Below, in pieces: positions 27,867 to 37,667 of a DNA stretch of 64,000 nucleotides; position 1 is the stretch's first letter, and the number at the start of each line of letters is the position of its first letter. The notes beneath the pieces are model-generated. The model was given only the letters and a program-made list of their open reading frames with translations, was not told the origin of the DNA and did not search any database. Where the stretch lies: assembly GCA_045646245.1 (NCBI GenBank), contig JAZRKJ010000086.1, forward strand, positions 9,874-73,873. The letters are read 5' to 3'. This DNA comes from Acutalibacteraceae bacterium (GTDB taxonomy: Bacteria; Bacillota; Clostridia; Oscillospirales; Acutalibacteraceae). Made by a program: the position numbers and the translations under genes.

Positions 27867-29239
27867 TTTTCTAAAAACTCCGTAATATATTCTATTTGCG
27901 CCTTAACCGATTCGTAACCCGTGCTTCCCGCTGAAATACGCTTTGCAACACAGGTTTCAAGGGAAATTTCGTTATATAAATCGGTATCGAAAAGTTCGGA
28001 ATATTCTTTATACTTTTCAATAGGCAGGTCTTCAAGAACGGTTCCCTGTTCAATACAGTAACCTACAAGTGTACCTACATGTTTATAGGCGGTTCTGAAG
28101 GGCATACCTTTTTTAACAAGATAATCTGCAAGGTCGGTAGCGTTAATAAATCCCTTTTGCGCTGCGGAATACATATTTCCTTTAAGAGCTTTCATTGTTG
28201 CAACCATAGGAGCAAAAATTGAAAGACACTTTTTAACGGTGTCAACCGCATCGAAAATTGCTTCTTTATCTTCCTGCATATCTTTGTTATAAGCAAGGGG
28301 TAAGCCTTTAAGAGTGGTAAGCAGAGCAAAAAGATCACCGTAAACCCTACCCGTTTTACCACGTACAAGCTCAGCCATATCAGGGTTCTTCTTTTGAGGC
28401 ATAATGCTGGAGCCTGTAGTATAGCTGTCGTCAAGCTCTATAAACTTAAACTCCCAGCTTGACCAAAGAATAATTTCTTCGGAGAAACGGGATAAGTGCA
28501 TCATAACGGTTGAAAACGCCGACATAAGCTCAATGCAAAAATCTCGGTCGGAAACGCCGTCAATGCTATTCATCATTATACCGTTAAAGCCAAGTCTTTC
28601 AGCTTCAAAGGCTCTGTCGGTATTATAGGTAGTACCCGCCAGAGCGCAAGAGCCGATAGGACAATAATTCATTCTGTCAAGCGCGTCGCCAATACGTTCA
28701 AAATCGCGCTTGAACATCATAGCGTAAGCAAGTAAATGGTGAGCAAAGGTTATGGGCTGAGCACGTTGAAGATGGGTATACCCCGGCATAATAGCGTCCT
28801 GATTTTCAGCCGCTTTATCCCTTATTACTTCAATAAGCTTTAAAAGAAGTTCTCCGATTTCTTCACATTCAGCAAAAAGATAAAGACGGATATCAAGAGC
28901 AACCTGATCATTACGGCTTCTTGCGGTGTGAAGCTTTTTGCCGTTGTCCCCTATTCTTTTGGTGAGTTCGGATTCAACAAACATATGAATATCTTCCGCT
29001 TCCATATCAATGGGAAGAGTACCGTCTTCAATATCTTTTAAAATTCCGCTTAAGCCGTTTAATATATCGGCGTATTCGTCTTTAGTGATGATTCCTTGAC
29101 GGGAAAGCATCATTGCGTGAACCATTGAGCCGGTAATATCTTGCCTGTACATTCTTGAATCAAAATGAATGGAAGAGTTAAAATCGTCAGCTTCTTTATC
29201 AAGGGCTTTACTAAACCTTCCTGCCCACATTTTATCCAT
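27863..29239 (-). CDS. argH: Argininosuccinate lyase
   Basis: The fumarate-lyase signature GSSIMPQKKNPDMAEL is present. The N-terminus reads MWAGRFSK. Confidence 0.93.
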   Translation of the reverse strand: MDKMWAGRFSKALDKEADDFNSSIHFDSRMYRQDITGSMVHAMMLSRQGIITKDEYADILNGLSGILKDIEDGTLPIDMEAEDIHMFVESELTKRIGDNGKKLHTARSRNDQVALDIRLYLFAECEEIGELLLKLIEVIRDKAAENQDAIMPGYTHLQRAQPITFAHHLLAYAMMFKRDFERIGDALDRMNYCPIGSCALAGTTYNTDRAFEAERLGFNGIMMNSIDGVSDRDFCIELMSAFSTVMMHLSRFSEEIILWSSWEFKFIELDDSYTTGSSIMPQKKNPDMAELVRGKTGRVYGDLFALLTTLKGLPLAYNKDMQEDKEAIFDAVDTVKKCLSIFAPMVATMKALKGNMYSAAQKGFINATDLADYLVKKGMPFRTAYKHVGTLVGYCIEQGTVLEDLPIEKYKEYSELFDTDLYNEISLETCVAKRISAGSTGYESVKAQIEYITEFLEK

Positions 29240-29260
29240 TATATCTACCTCAAAATAAAA

Positions 29261-30490
29261 TTAGTCGAGATTGTTCTTTTTCTTCATTTTTGCGTAAACC
29301 TTGGTGGGAAGACCGTAAAGGTTAATGAATCCTGCAGATTCCTTTTGGTCATATACGTCGTCTTCGTCGAAGGTAGCAATTTCACTGTCGTAAAGAGAAT
29401 AAGGAGAGGTTACTCCCGCATTAATAATGTTACCCTTATAAAGCTTAACCTTAACGTCGCCGGTAACGGTTTTCTGGGTAGTCTTAACAAAAGCAAGAAT
29501 TGCTTCGGTAAGAGGAGTAAACCAAAGAGCGTTATATACATTTTCGGCAAGCTTTTGAGCAACCAAAGACTTGTAGTGAGCGGTATCCTTATCAAGACAA
29601 ATGGTTTCAAGAATCTGATGAGCCTTATAAAGAATAGCGCCGCCGGGGGTTTCATAAACACCTCTGCACTTCATACCCACAAGACGGTTTTCTACAATAT
29701 CGAGAAGTCCGATACCGTTAGCGCCGCCAAGTTCATTAAGCTTGGAAACAAGAGCAACGCTGTCCATTTCTTTTCCGTCAATAGCGGTAGGAACACCCTG
29801 TTCAAAGTGAATAGTTACGTAGGTAGGCTTATCGGGAGCCATTTCGGGAGAAACACCCATTTCAAGGAAGCCTTCCTTGTTGTACTGAGGTTCATTAGCA
29901 GGGTCTTCCAAATCAAGACCTTCGTGGCTTAAGTGCCAGATGTTCTTATCTTTGGAATAGTTGGTTTCTCTGTTTATTTTAAGAGGTACGTTGTGGGCTT
30001 CAGCGTAGTCGATTTCTTCCTCTCTGGACTTAATATCCCATTCTCTCCAAGGAGCAATAATGGGCATATCGGGAGCAAAAGCCTTAATAGCCATTTCAAA
30101 TCTTACCTGGTCGTTACCCTTACCGGTACAGCCGTGACAAATTGCGTCTGCGCCTTCCTTAAGAGCTATTTCTGCAATGCGCTTTGCAATAGGAGGACGT
30201 GCAAAAGCGGTACCTAACATATAATCTTCATAAAGTGCGCCTGCCTGAACGCAAGGAAATACGTAATCCTCAAGAAATTCTTTGGTAAGGTCCTCAATAT
30301 AAATCTTGAAAGCGCCGGTTTTAATAGCCTTTTCTTCAAGACCTTCAAGCTCACTTGCCTGACCAACGTTACCCGATACTGCAATAATTTCAGGATTGTT
30401 GTAGTTTTCTTTTAACCAAGGGATGATAATAGAGGTATCAAGACCGCCGGAATACGCAAGAACTACCTTTTTAATTTTACTTTTATCCAT
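29261..30490 (-). CDS. argG: Argininosuccinate synthase
   Basis: The ATP pyrophosphatase motif is [12 protein letters not shown]. The start is ATG 30490, preceded by a GGAGGA RBS. The track start at 30505 is a TTG inside that RBS. Confidence 0.93.
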   Translation of the reverse strand: MDKSKIKKVVLAYSGGLDTSIIIPWLKENYNNPEIIAVSGNVGQASELEGLEEKAIKTGAFKIYIEDLTKEFLEDYVFPCVQAGALYEDYMLGTAFARPPIAKRIAEIALKEGADAICHGCTGKGNDQVRFEMAIKAFAPDMPIIAPWREWDIKSREEEIDYAEAHNVPLKINRETNYSKDKNIWHLSHEGLDLEDPANEPQYNKEGFLEMGVSPEMAPDKPTYVTIHFEQGVPTAIDGKEMDSVALVSKLNELGGANGIGLLDIVENRLVGMKCRGVYETPGGAILYKAHQILETICLDKDTAHYKSLVAQKLAENVYNALWFTPLTEAILAFVKTTQKTVTGDVKVKLYKGNIINAGVTSPYSLYDSEIATFDEDDVYDQKESAGFINLYGLPTKVYAKMKKKNNLD

Positions 30491-30531
30491 TTTTAATTCC
30501 TCCAAAAAGTGTTTTCAAATTCAGTGCTTGT

Positions 30532-30560
30532 ATTATACCACCAACTGTATATTTATGCAA
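30532..30560 (-). promoter_or_regulatory. Candidate sigma-A promoter of the argGHCJBDF operon (-35 TTGCAT, 17 nt, -10 TATAAT)
   Basis: The minus strand reads cTTGCATaaatatacagttggtggTATAATac. Confidence 0.55.
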
Positions 30561-30586
30561 GTTTTTCCGCATACTTTTTATTCATT
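30544..30586 (-). promoter_or_regulatory. Two candidate ARG boxes (ArgR/AhrC operators) overlapping and just upstream of the -35
   Basis: On the minus strand, AATGAATAAAAAGTATGC lies at 30586-30569 and CTTGCATAAATATACAGT at 30561-30544. Compared with the consensus core ATGAATAAAAATTCA, the left half of the first box is perfect and the second matches 11 of 15. Confidence 0.4.
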
Positions 30587-30681
30587 TTTTAAAAACTCTC
30601 TTTTTACTACAAAACATATACAAAAATCAGTTGTCTTTTTGGTTATTTTGATAATCCGTTTTTTAGTTTTTATGCATTTTA

Positions 30682-30699
30682 TATGCATATTTATTCATA
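30682..30699 (-). promoter_or_regulatory. Distal candidate ARG box
   Basis: On the minus strand, TATGAATAAATATGCATA matches 13 of 18 positions of CATGAATAAAAATTCAAG. An adjacent related copy, TATGCATTTTATATGCATA, lies at 30671-30689. Confidence 0.35.
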
Positions 30700-30701
30700 A
30701 A

Positions 30702-30732
30702 CAAAAATATACAGCCGGTATTCCTCCGGCTG
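30702..30732 (-). terminator. Rho-independent terminator downstream of the DUF4886 pseudogene
   Basis: The minus strand reads CAGCCGG-aggaata-CCGGCTG followed by TATATTTTTGTTT. Confidence 0.7.
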
Positions 30733-30736
30733 CATA

Positions 30737-31328
30737 TCAAATATTCTCTACTATTTCCTTAATTTTAGCTATTCTTGCCATAGAAGCATTGGTTATAACA
30801 AAATCATACGGCAAGAAGCCAATGCTTTGAACCTTCTTACCCGTAAGCACCTTATACCAGGTAAGTGCTGCGGCGTATCTTCCGAAATCCAGACCCAAAT
30901 GCTGACCGTCTCGGTTTAAAGAGGGAGCGCCTTTGCCATAATTAAATTCCTCAGTTTTTCTGAGAGCCTGAATAACGTCTCCCACAGGAATAATATCCAT
31001 ATACATAATTATATAACTCATCAAAATAAGGAATATAGGTGTCAACATTTCCGCTAAGCCAGCTTGCCTGCTGAAGGGTTATATAATCCCAATCGTCTTC
31101 AAGCAACACCTCTTCTATCGCCCTCATACGGTCGGTGTGCTTTCCGTTTAATTCATAACGGTAAGCGGCGTTGTTTTCCTTTATATTCTTAACGTGAGTT
31201 TCAAGAGAACAACCGCCTATATACATATTTACACAGTAAATTTCTTCTTCACCGTGCATAGATATATCATGCAGATAATGCTGCGCATCCTCCGAAAAGC
31301 TGTTTCCTATAGATAATACCTTTAACAT
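30737..31328 (-). pseudogene. DUF4886 / SGNH-like hydrolase gene disrupted by a frame change (and probably an internal deletion)
   Basis: The N part (30951-31328) reads MLKVLSIGNSFSEDAQHYLH...NMYIGGCSLETH...DYITLQQAS. The C part (30737-31048, other frame) reads IIPVGDVIQALRKTEEFNYGKGAPSLNRDGQHL...GRYAAALTWYKVLTG. The two frames overlap at ~30990-31045. Confidence 0.6.
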
Positions 31329-31365
31329 CTTTCACCTCAAAGTATTTTATCTTAAATTTGCATAT

Positions 31366-32019
31366 TTAGTTTCCGGTCATTTTTTCCTGTTTAACCTTTT
31401 TGTCAATTACGTGGCGGGAAGCAAGTTCTTTTTTAATATCTTCAACGCTTATTCCCATTTCTACCATCATAACCATAACGTGATACATTAGGTCGGCAAC
31501 CTCGTAAATTGTTTCGGCTTTATCGTTGGCTTTACCTGCAATAATAACCTCGGTACACTCTTCGCCCACCTTTTTAAGAATTTTGTCAATGCCCTTTTGG
31601 AAAAGGTAGGTGGTATAAGAACCTTCGGGAAGGTCTTTTTTTCTGCCTTCCAAAAGCTTATAAAGACCTTCGGTGGAAAATGCACTTAGCTCATCGCTTT
31701 GCCAAACTTCGTTAAAGAAGCAGCTGTTTTCTCCGGTATGACAAGCGGGGCCGTCTTTTTTTACAAGAACGGTTAAAGCGTCCTTATCACAGTCGGCGGT
31801 AATGGAAACGATATGCTGATAGTTACCGCTTGTTTCACCCTTAAGCCACAGCTCTTGTCTGCTTCTGCTGAAAAAACAGGTTAGTCCCTTTTCCATAGAA
31901 ATTTTAAGGCTTTCTTTATTCATATAAGCAAGGGTTAATACTTCTTTGGTATCAGCATCAACCACTATAGCGGGTATAAGCCCTTTTTCATCAAATTTAA
32001 GTTCATCAATATTAAACAT
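31366..32019 (-). CDS. hisIE: Bifunctional phosphoribosyl-AMP cyclohydrolase / phosphoribosyl-ATP pyrophosphatase
   Basis: The N-terminal cyclohydrolase block is DGPACHTGENSCFF. The C-terminal part is a MazG-like PRA-PH domain (EECTEVIIAGK...ADLMYHVMVMM). Confidence 0.9.
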   Translation of the reverse strand: MFNIDELKFDEKGLIPAIVVDADTKEVLTLAYMNKESLKISMEKGLTCFFSRSRQELWLKGETSGNYQHIVSITADCDKDALTVLVKKDGPACHTGENSCFFNEVWQSDELSAFSTEGLYKLLEGRKKDLPEGSYTTYLFQKGIDKILKKVGEECTEVIIAGKANDKAETIYEVADLMYHVMVMMVEMGISVEDIKKELASRHVIDKKVKQEKMTGN

Positions 32020-32021
32020 AA

Positions 32022-32780
32022 CTATAACCTCACAATAATACCGTTATCATTCAGAGTTTTCTTCAAATCACTTATTTTCACTTCACCAAAATGGAAAATA
32101 GATGCCGCTAACCCTGCGTCAACACCGGGAAGTGCATTAAACAGTTCTACAAAATGGTTAATATTACCCGCTCCGCCCGAAGCAATAACGGGAACGTTTA
32201 CGGCGTTACACACAGCCTCTAACATTTCAAGGTCAAATCCGCCCTTAACTCCGTCGGTGTCTATGGAATTAACAACAATTTCCCCTGCTCCGTCTGCTAC
32301 GCCCTTTTTAATCCACTCAATAGCTTCAATGCCTGTATCTTCTCTTCCTCCTTTTGCGAAAACGTGAAAAGCACCGTCAACACGCTTTATATCCACCGAA
32401 AGCACAACGCATTGATCGCCGTATTTTTTAGCGGCGAGTCCGATTAGTTCAGGGTTTTTAATAGCGCCTGAATTAACGCTTACCTTGTCGGCTCCGCATT
32501 TTAAAACTCTGTCAAAATCATCAAGAGTGTTTATGCCACCGCCCACCGTAAGGGGAATAAAAATCTGACTTGCAACCTCTTTTAAAATATCGGTAAACAA
32601 TTCTCTGCCCTCGAAAGAAGCAGTTATATCGTAAAACACAAGCTCGTCGGCACCGTTTTCGCTATAGTAACGCGCAAGTTCAATTGGCGAAGAAACATCG
32701 TTAAGTCCTTTAAAATTAACACCCTTAACAACTCTTCCGTTCTTTACGTCAAGGCAAGGAATAATTCTTTTGGTAATCAT
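32022..32780 (-). CDS. hisF: Imidazole glycerol phosphate synthase cyclase subunit
   Basis: It starts [20 protein letters not shown] and contains ASGGAG. The his operon context supports the call. Confidence 0.92.
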   Translation of the reverse strand: MITKRIIPCLDVKNGRVVKGVNFKGLNDVSSPIELARYYSENGADELVFYDITASFEGRELFTDILKEVASQIFIPLTVGGGINTLDDFDRVLKCGADKVSVNSGAIKNPELIGLAAKKYGDQCVVLSVDIKRVDGAFHVFAKGGREDTGIEAIEWIKKGVADGAGEIVVNSIDTDGVKGGFDLEMLEAVCNAVNVPVIASGGAGNINHFVELFNALPGVDAGLAASIFHFGEVKISDLKKTLNDNGIIVRL

Positions 32781-33490
32781 TTAACCTTTTCCACCGCCTC
32801 TTTTAAATCAATGGCGCCCGTATAATACGCCTTGCCTATTATTGCCCCGTAAACGTCGGTTTCTTTAAGACCGATTATATCGTTCATATCGGTAACGCCG
32901 CCCGAAGCTATTATATTTAACTTTACTTTGTTTTTAAGCTCTTTATACAAAGTGTGGTTAGTGCCTTTCATAGCGCCGTCACGGGAAATATCGGTACAAA
33001 TAATGGTTTTTACGCCGATTTTTTCCATTTCCTTGCAAAATTCAATACCGTCAAAATCGCTTTTTTCAGTCCAGCCCTTAATTGCAACAAATCCTTCTTT
33101 AATATCTACTCCAACGGCAATTTTTTCGCCGTATTTTTTTACAGCATTTAATAAAAACGCCCTGTCCTTTACGGCGGCAGTACCCAAAATAACACGGTCA
33201 ACACCTGCGTTTATATAGTTATCTACAGTTTCCATATTTCTTATTCCACCGCCTATTTCTATAAAGGCTTTGGTGGTATTTCTAATTTTTTTAACGGTTT
33301 CAATATTGGGGGTGTTTCCTTCCCTTGCGCCTTCAAGGTCAACAAGGTGAAGATGGTCTGCACCGCAATTCCAAAAGTCAGCGGCAACTTCTTCAGGGTG
33401 TTCGCTGTATACCGTCATATTATTATAATCGCCTTTATATAGGCGAACGGCTTTACCGCCGTACAAATCAATAGCAGGAAAAATAATCAT
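32777..33490 (-). CDS. hisA: ProFAR isomerase
   Basis: It starts [16 protein letters not shown] and contains IASGGV. It has 4-nt overlaps with both neighbouring genes. Confidence 0.9.
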   Translation of the reverse strand: MIIFPAIDLYGGKAVRLYKGDYNNMTVYSEHPEEVAADFWNCGADHLHLVDLEGAREGNTPNIETVKKIRNTTKAFIEIGGGIRNMETVDNYINAGVDRVILGTAAVKDRAFLLNAVKKYGEKIAVGVDIKEGFVAIKGWTEKSDFDGIEFCKEMEKIGVKTIICTDISRDGAMKGTNHTLYKELKNKVKLNIIASGGVTDMNDIIGLKETDVYGAIIGKAYYTGAIDLKEAVEKVK

Positions 33491-34107
33491 ACAGTCTCTC
33501 CAAATTCACAAAAAGCCTTTAAAATTTTAAGCCCCACTTCACCGCTTTTTTCGGGGTGGAACTGGCAACCGAAAACGTTACCCTTTGCTATAGCGGCAGT
33601 AAGCTCTTTTCCGTATTCGGCGGTGGCAATAAGGCTGTCAGCGCAGTCATTTGCATAATAAGAATGAACAAAATAAACACAGTCGCCGTCTTTTATATAT
33701 TTAAAAAGCGGACTGTCTTTGGTAAAGTGCAATGCATTCCACCCAATATGAGGAATTTTCAGTTTTTCGGGAATGGTATTGCTCATACCTATAACCTCAC
33801 CCTTCAGTAACCCCAAGCCTTTGTGTTCTCCGTATTCGAAGCTCTTTTCAAAAAGCATTTGCATACCAAGGCAAATTCCCATAAGCGGCTTTCCATTAGC
33901 AGCTTCTTCCTTAATAACGGTATCGAGTCCTAAGTCCTTAAGTTTTTTTGCGGCATCTTCAAAGGCGCCTACACCCGGAAGAATAAGCTTGTCCGCCTTT
34001 CTTATAACCTTTTCATCACCGCTAACTACTATATCGGCACCTATTGCTTTAAAAGAAGAACAAAGGGAAAAAAGATTACCAACGCCGTAATCAATTATCG
34101 CTATCAT
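33487..34107 (-). CDS. hisH: Imidazole glycerol phosphate synthase glutaminase subunit
   Basis: This is a class-I amidotransferase with LPGVGAF, the nucleophile Cys in GICLGMQ, and FHPEKSG. Confidence 0.92.
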   Translation of the reverse strand: MIAIIDYGVGNLFSLCSSFKAIGADIVVSGDEKVIRKADKLILPGVGAFEDAAKKLKDLGLDTVIKEEAANGKPLMGICLGMQMLFEKSFEYGEHKGLGLLKGEVIGMSNTIPEKLKIPHIGWNALHFTKDSPLFKYIKDGDCVYFVHSYYANDCADSLIATAEYGKELTAAIAKGNVFGCQFHPEKSGEVGLKILKAFCEFGETV

Positions 34108-34694
34108 CAGAGAACTCCTTTAGTGGAAGGGATTTCGTTTTCAAAACGTTTATCAATTTCCGTTGCGTTTCTAAGAGCTCTTGCAACCGACTTAAAAGCG
34201 CCTTCAATTATGTGATGAGAATTCTTACCGTCACGGCTGATAAGGTGAAGAGTAATATCTGCGTTACGAACAAAGCTTATAAAGAATTCTTCCACAAGCT
34301 CGGTATCAAAATTACCTACTTTTTCGGTGGGAACGGAAAGCTTATAGGAAAGATAAGGTCTGCCCGAAATATCAACGGCTGTTTCAATCAAGGCTTCATC
34401 CATGGGAAGAAGCATTGAACCGTAACGGTTAATTCCCTTCATATTACCAACAGCCTCTTTAAAAGCGATACCAAGACAAATACCGATATCTTCAACCAAG
34501 TGGTGGTCGTCAACAAAGGTATCTCCCGTCGCCTTAACAGTAAGGTCAAATCCTCCATGACGCGCAAAAAGAGTAAGCATATGGATTAAAAAGCCGCAAG
34601 GAAGGTCTAATTCCGCAATTCCCTTTCCGTCGAGATTTAGGCTTAATTCGATTTGAGTTTCGGCAGTTTCTCTTTTAATATAACCTGTTCTCAT
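34107..34694 (-). CDS. hisB: Imidazoleglycerol-phosphate dehydratase
   Basis: It has DDHHLVEDIGI and SHHIIEGAFKS metal-binding blocks. The protein is 195 aa and monofunctional. Confidence 0.92.
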   Translation of the reverse strand: MRTGYIKRETAETQIELSLNLDGKGIAELDLPCGFLIHMLTLFARHGGFDLTVKATGDTFVDDHHLVEDIGICLGIAFKEAVGNMKGINRYGSMLLPMDEALIETAVDISGRPYLSYKLSVPTEKVGNFDTELVEEFFISFVRNADITLHLISRDGKNSHHIIEGAFKSVARALRNATEIDKRFENEIPSTKGVL

Positions 34695-35761
34695 TTTACT
34701 TCCTCCAAAATTTCTTTTACGTTTTTAATAAACTCTTCCATTTGCTCCCTTGTTCCAATGGTTATGCGATTAAAGTTACATATTTTAGGTGCAGAGAAAT
34801 GGCGAATGAGAATTCGTCTTTCTTTAAGCTTCTTATAAAGGGCTTCGCCGTCTATATCTTTACTTTCGGCAAAAACGAAATTAGCCTTTGAATCGGTAAC
34901 AGTAAACCCAAGTTTTTTAAGTTCGGTTGCCGTATATTCACGGTTTTTGATAATTTCACCGCATTTTTGGACGTAATAGTCATTTTGGTCAATGGCGGCG
35001 GCACCTGCTATAAGGGTTAAACGGTTAATATTATAGGGATTGGTGGAATACTTAATAAGCTCCAAATCACTTATAAGCTCTTTATTACCGATAGCAAAAC
35101 CAAGCCTTGCGCCCGCCATACTTCTTGATTTTGAAAAGGTCATTGAAACAAGAAGGTTTTTATACTTTTTAGTAAGAGGTACGGCGCTTTGCGCTCCGAA
35201 ATCAACATACGCTTCGTCAATAACCACAACGTTTTTGGGATTAGTCTTAACGATTTCTTCTATTTCACGGAGAGAAAGAGTAAGCCCTGTAGGAGCGTTA
35301 GGGTTCGCAATAACTATAAATTTATTTTTGTTAAGATAATCTTTATAGTCAATGGAAAAATCGTCCTTTAAAGGAATTTCTTCGGCTTTAACACCGTAAA
35401 GCGCGGCAAAAACCTTGTAAAAGCCGTAACTTATTTCAGGGTAAACCGCTTCTCCCTTTTCGCCCGTAAACGCCATAAAGGAAAAATTAAGTATATCGTC
35501 GCTTCCGTTAGCCAAATAAACGTTTTCATCCTTTACCCCGTAAAGGTCCGCAATTTTTTCTTTAAGAGCCTTACCCGTCGGGTCGGAATACAAACGGAGT
35601 TTTTTTACTTCTTCGCTGTTAACCGCCTTTATAACACCGTCAGAGGGTTCAAAGGGAGATTCATTTGTATTAAGTTTTATGTATTCCCCGTCCTTGGGTT
35701 GTTCACCCGGCACGTAAGCGTCAAGGGTGTTGTACCGTTTATTTAAAAATTCACTCATCAT
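34691..35761 (-). CDS. hisC: Histidinol-phosphate aminotransferase
   Basis: This is a class-II aminotransferase with LNTNESP and the PLP-lysine region TFSKSRSMAGARLG. Confidence 0.9.
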   Translation of the reverse strand: MMSEFLNKRYNTLDAYVPGEQPKDGEYIKLNTNESPFEPSDGVIKAVNSEEVKKLRLYSDPTGKALKEKIADLYGVKDENVYLANGSDDILNFSFMAFTGEKGEAVYPEISYGFYKVFAALYGVKAEEIPLKDDFSIDYKDYLNKNKFIVIANPNAPTGLTLSLREIEEIVKTNPKNVVVIDEAYVDFGAQSAVPLTKKYKNLLVSMTFSKSRSMAGARLGFAIGNKELISDLELIKYSTNPYNINRLTLIAGAAAIDQNDYYVQKCGEIIKNREYTATELKKLGFTVTDSKANFVFAESKDIDGEALYKKLKERRILIRHFSAPKICNFNRITIGTREQMEEFIKNVKEILEEVK

Positions 35762-37035
35762 TTTTTCTCCGTACGGATAGTCGCGCTTTTTGCGTGGGCA
35801 GTAAGACCTTCTTTTTCTGCAAAATAAGCAATATCATCTGCCACTCTGTTTAAAGCGTCTTTTGTATAGTAGGTATATTGGGTTTTCTTTACGAAATCAT
35901 CAACCGAAAGCGGACTCGAGAATTTTGCAGTACCGCTTGTAGGCAAAGTATGGTTTGGACCCGCAAAGTAGTCACCCAAGGCTTCAGGACAGTATTTACC
36001 CATAAATATGCTGCCTGCGTGACGTATAGAATCAAGATAATCAAAGGGATTATCAACACAAAGCTCAAGGTGTTCGGGAGCAATTTCATTAGCAATTTCA
36101 ATTGCAACCTTTAAATCCTTTGCAACAATAATCTTTCCGTTGTTGTCAATGGAAGCTCTTGCAATTTCACTTCTGGGAAGAAGAGGAATTTGTTTTTCCA
36201 AGGAAGCAGAAACCTTATTTGCAAAGCTCAAGCTGTCAGTCACAAGCACTGCGCTTGCCATTTTATCGTGCTCTGCTTGAGAGAGTAAATCGGCGGCAAC
36301 GCAATCGGGATTACAGGTATCGTCGGCAACAACAAGTATTTCGCTGGGACCTGCTATCATATCAATGGAAACCAATCCGTAAACCTGCTTTTTGGCTTCG
36401 GCAACAAAAGCATTTCCGGGGCCTACAATTTTATCAACCTTAGGTATTGTTTCGGTACCATAAGCAAGAGCGGCAATCGCCTGAGCGCCGCCAACCTTAA
36501 ATATTCTGTCAACTCCGGCAACGACTGCAGCGGCAAGAATAACGGGATTAACCTTACCGTCAGCGCCGGGAGGAGTCACAATGCAAACCTCTTTTACTCC
36601 TGCAATTTTAGCAGGAATGCTGTCCATAAGAACTGTAGACGGATAAGCGGCGGTACCGCCGGGAACGTAAAGACCCGCTTTGTCAACGGGAATAACCTTT
36701 TGTCCCATAACAACACCGGGGGTATCGTTAATTATAAAACTGTTTCTAACCTGTTTTTCGTGAAAATTGCGAATATTCAAAGCGGCGGTTTTAAGAACCT
36801 TTATAAAGCGCTCATCAACCTTATTCATCGCTTCCTGCTTTTCTTCTTCGCTTACTTCAAGAGTACTGAGCTTCGCTTTATCGAATTTTTCGCAATAAGC
36901 AAAAAGCGCGGCGTCACCGTTTTTCTTTACGTTTTCAATAATTTCGCTAACTATTCCCGAAACGTCGGTTGCGGCGGTTCCTCTTGCAAAAATTTCGCTG
37001 TTTTCAACCTGACCGTATTCTAAAATTTTAATCAT
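35758..37035 (-). CDS. hisD: Histidinol dehydrogenase
   Basis: It has GPGNAFVAEAKK, LLSQAEHD and HLE blocks. The protein is 425 aa. Confidence 0.92.
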   Translation of the reverse strand: MIKILEYGQVENSEIFARGTAATDVSGIVSEIIENVKKNGDAALFAYCEKFDKAKLSTLEVSEEEKQEAMNKVDERFIKVLKTAALNIRNFHEKQVRNSFIINDTPGVVMGQKVIPVDKAGLYVPGGTAAYPSTVLMDSIPAKIAGVKEVCIVTPPGADGKVNPVILAAAVVAGVDRIFKVGGAQAIAALAYGTETIPKVDKIVGPGNAFVAEAKKQVYGLVSIDMIAGPSEILVVADDTCNPDCVAADLLSQAEHDKMASAVLVTDSLSFANKVSASLEKQIPLLPRSEIARASIDNNGKIIVAKDLKVAIEIANEIAPEHLELCVDNPFDYLDSIRHAGSIFMGKYCPEALGDYFAGPNHTLPTSGTAKFSSPLSVDDFVKKTQYTYYTKDALNRVADDIAYFAEKEGLTAHAKSATIRTEKK

Positions 37036-37667
37036 TCTTTTTCACACACCTGTTTTGAAAGACTGTTTCTTACGGCTTCTATCGTATCTTTTTTAAACTG
37101 ATAAGCCGATTTATTTGCAATAAGCCTTGCGCTTATGGGAAGTATGGTTTCAAAAGGAACCAAATCGTTTTCAAGTAACGTCTTACCCGTTTCCACGATA
37201 TCCACAATAACGTCGGAAAGCCCCAGAATAGGAGCAATTTCAATTGAACCGTTAAGATGAATAATATCAATATCTCTACACTTTTCAGCGTAATATTTAG
37301 CGGCAATATTGGAAAACTTTGTGGCAACTCTAAGGGTTCTGTCGGTATTATCGCGGAAATCCTTCTTTGCGGCTACCGCCATACGGCACTTACCCATTTT
37401 AAGGTCTAAAAGCTCGTAAACGTCGGGATTATATTCAAGTAAAATATCTTTACCCACAACACCTATATCGGCGGCGCCTCTTTCAACGTATATTGCAACG
37501 TCGGAAGGCTTTACCCAAAAGTAACGAACCCCTGCTTCTTCATTTTCAAAAATAAGCTTACGGTTGTTTTCTTTAATAGAAGGACATTCAAACCCAGCCT
37601 TTTCGAACATATCGTAAACCTTTTCGCCAAGTCTTCCCTTAGGCAGAGCAACGTTAATCATTTTCAT
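37032..37667 (-). CDS. hisG: ATP phosphoribosyltransferase, short (HisZ-dependent) form
   Basis: The protein is 211 aa, starts VALPKGRL and contains VDIVETGKTL. It lacks the C-terminal regulatory domain. Confidence 0.9.
   Translation of the reverse strand: MKMINVALPKGRLGEKVYDMFEKAGFECPSIKENNRKLIFENEEAGVRYFWVKPSDVAIYVERGAADIGVVGKDILLEYNPDVYELLDLKMGKCRMAVAAKKDFRDNTDRTLRVATKFSNIAAKYYAEKCRDIDIIHLNGSIEIAPILGLSDVIVDIVETGKTLLENDLVPFETILPISARLIANKSAYQFKKDTIEAVRNSLSKQVCEKE

Noticed and set aside
29165-29932. 255-aa + strand ORF
   Set aside because: It lies antisense to the 5' end of argH and the 3' part of argG, both strongly supported by motifs. It has no RBS, and its translation is rich in N, F, K and V, which is typical of shadow frames.
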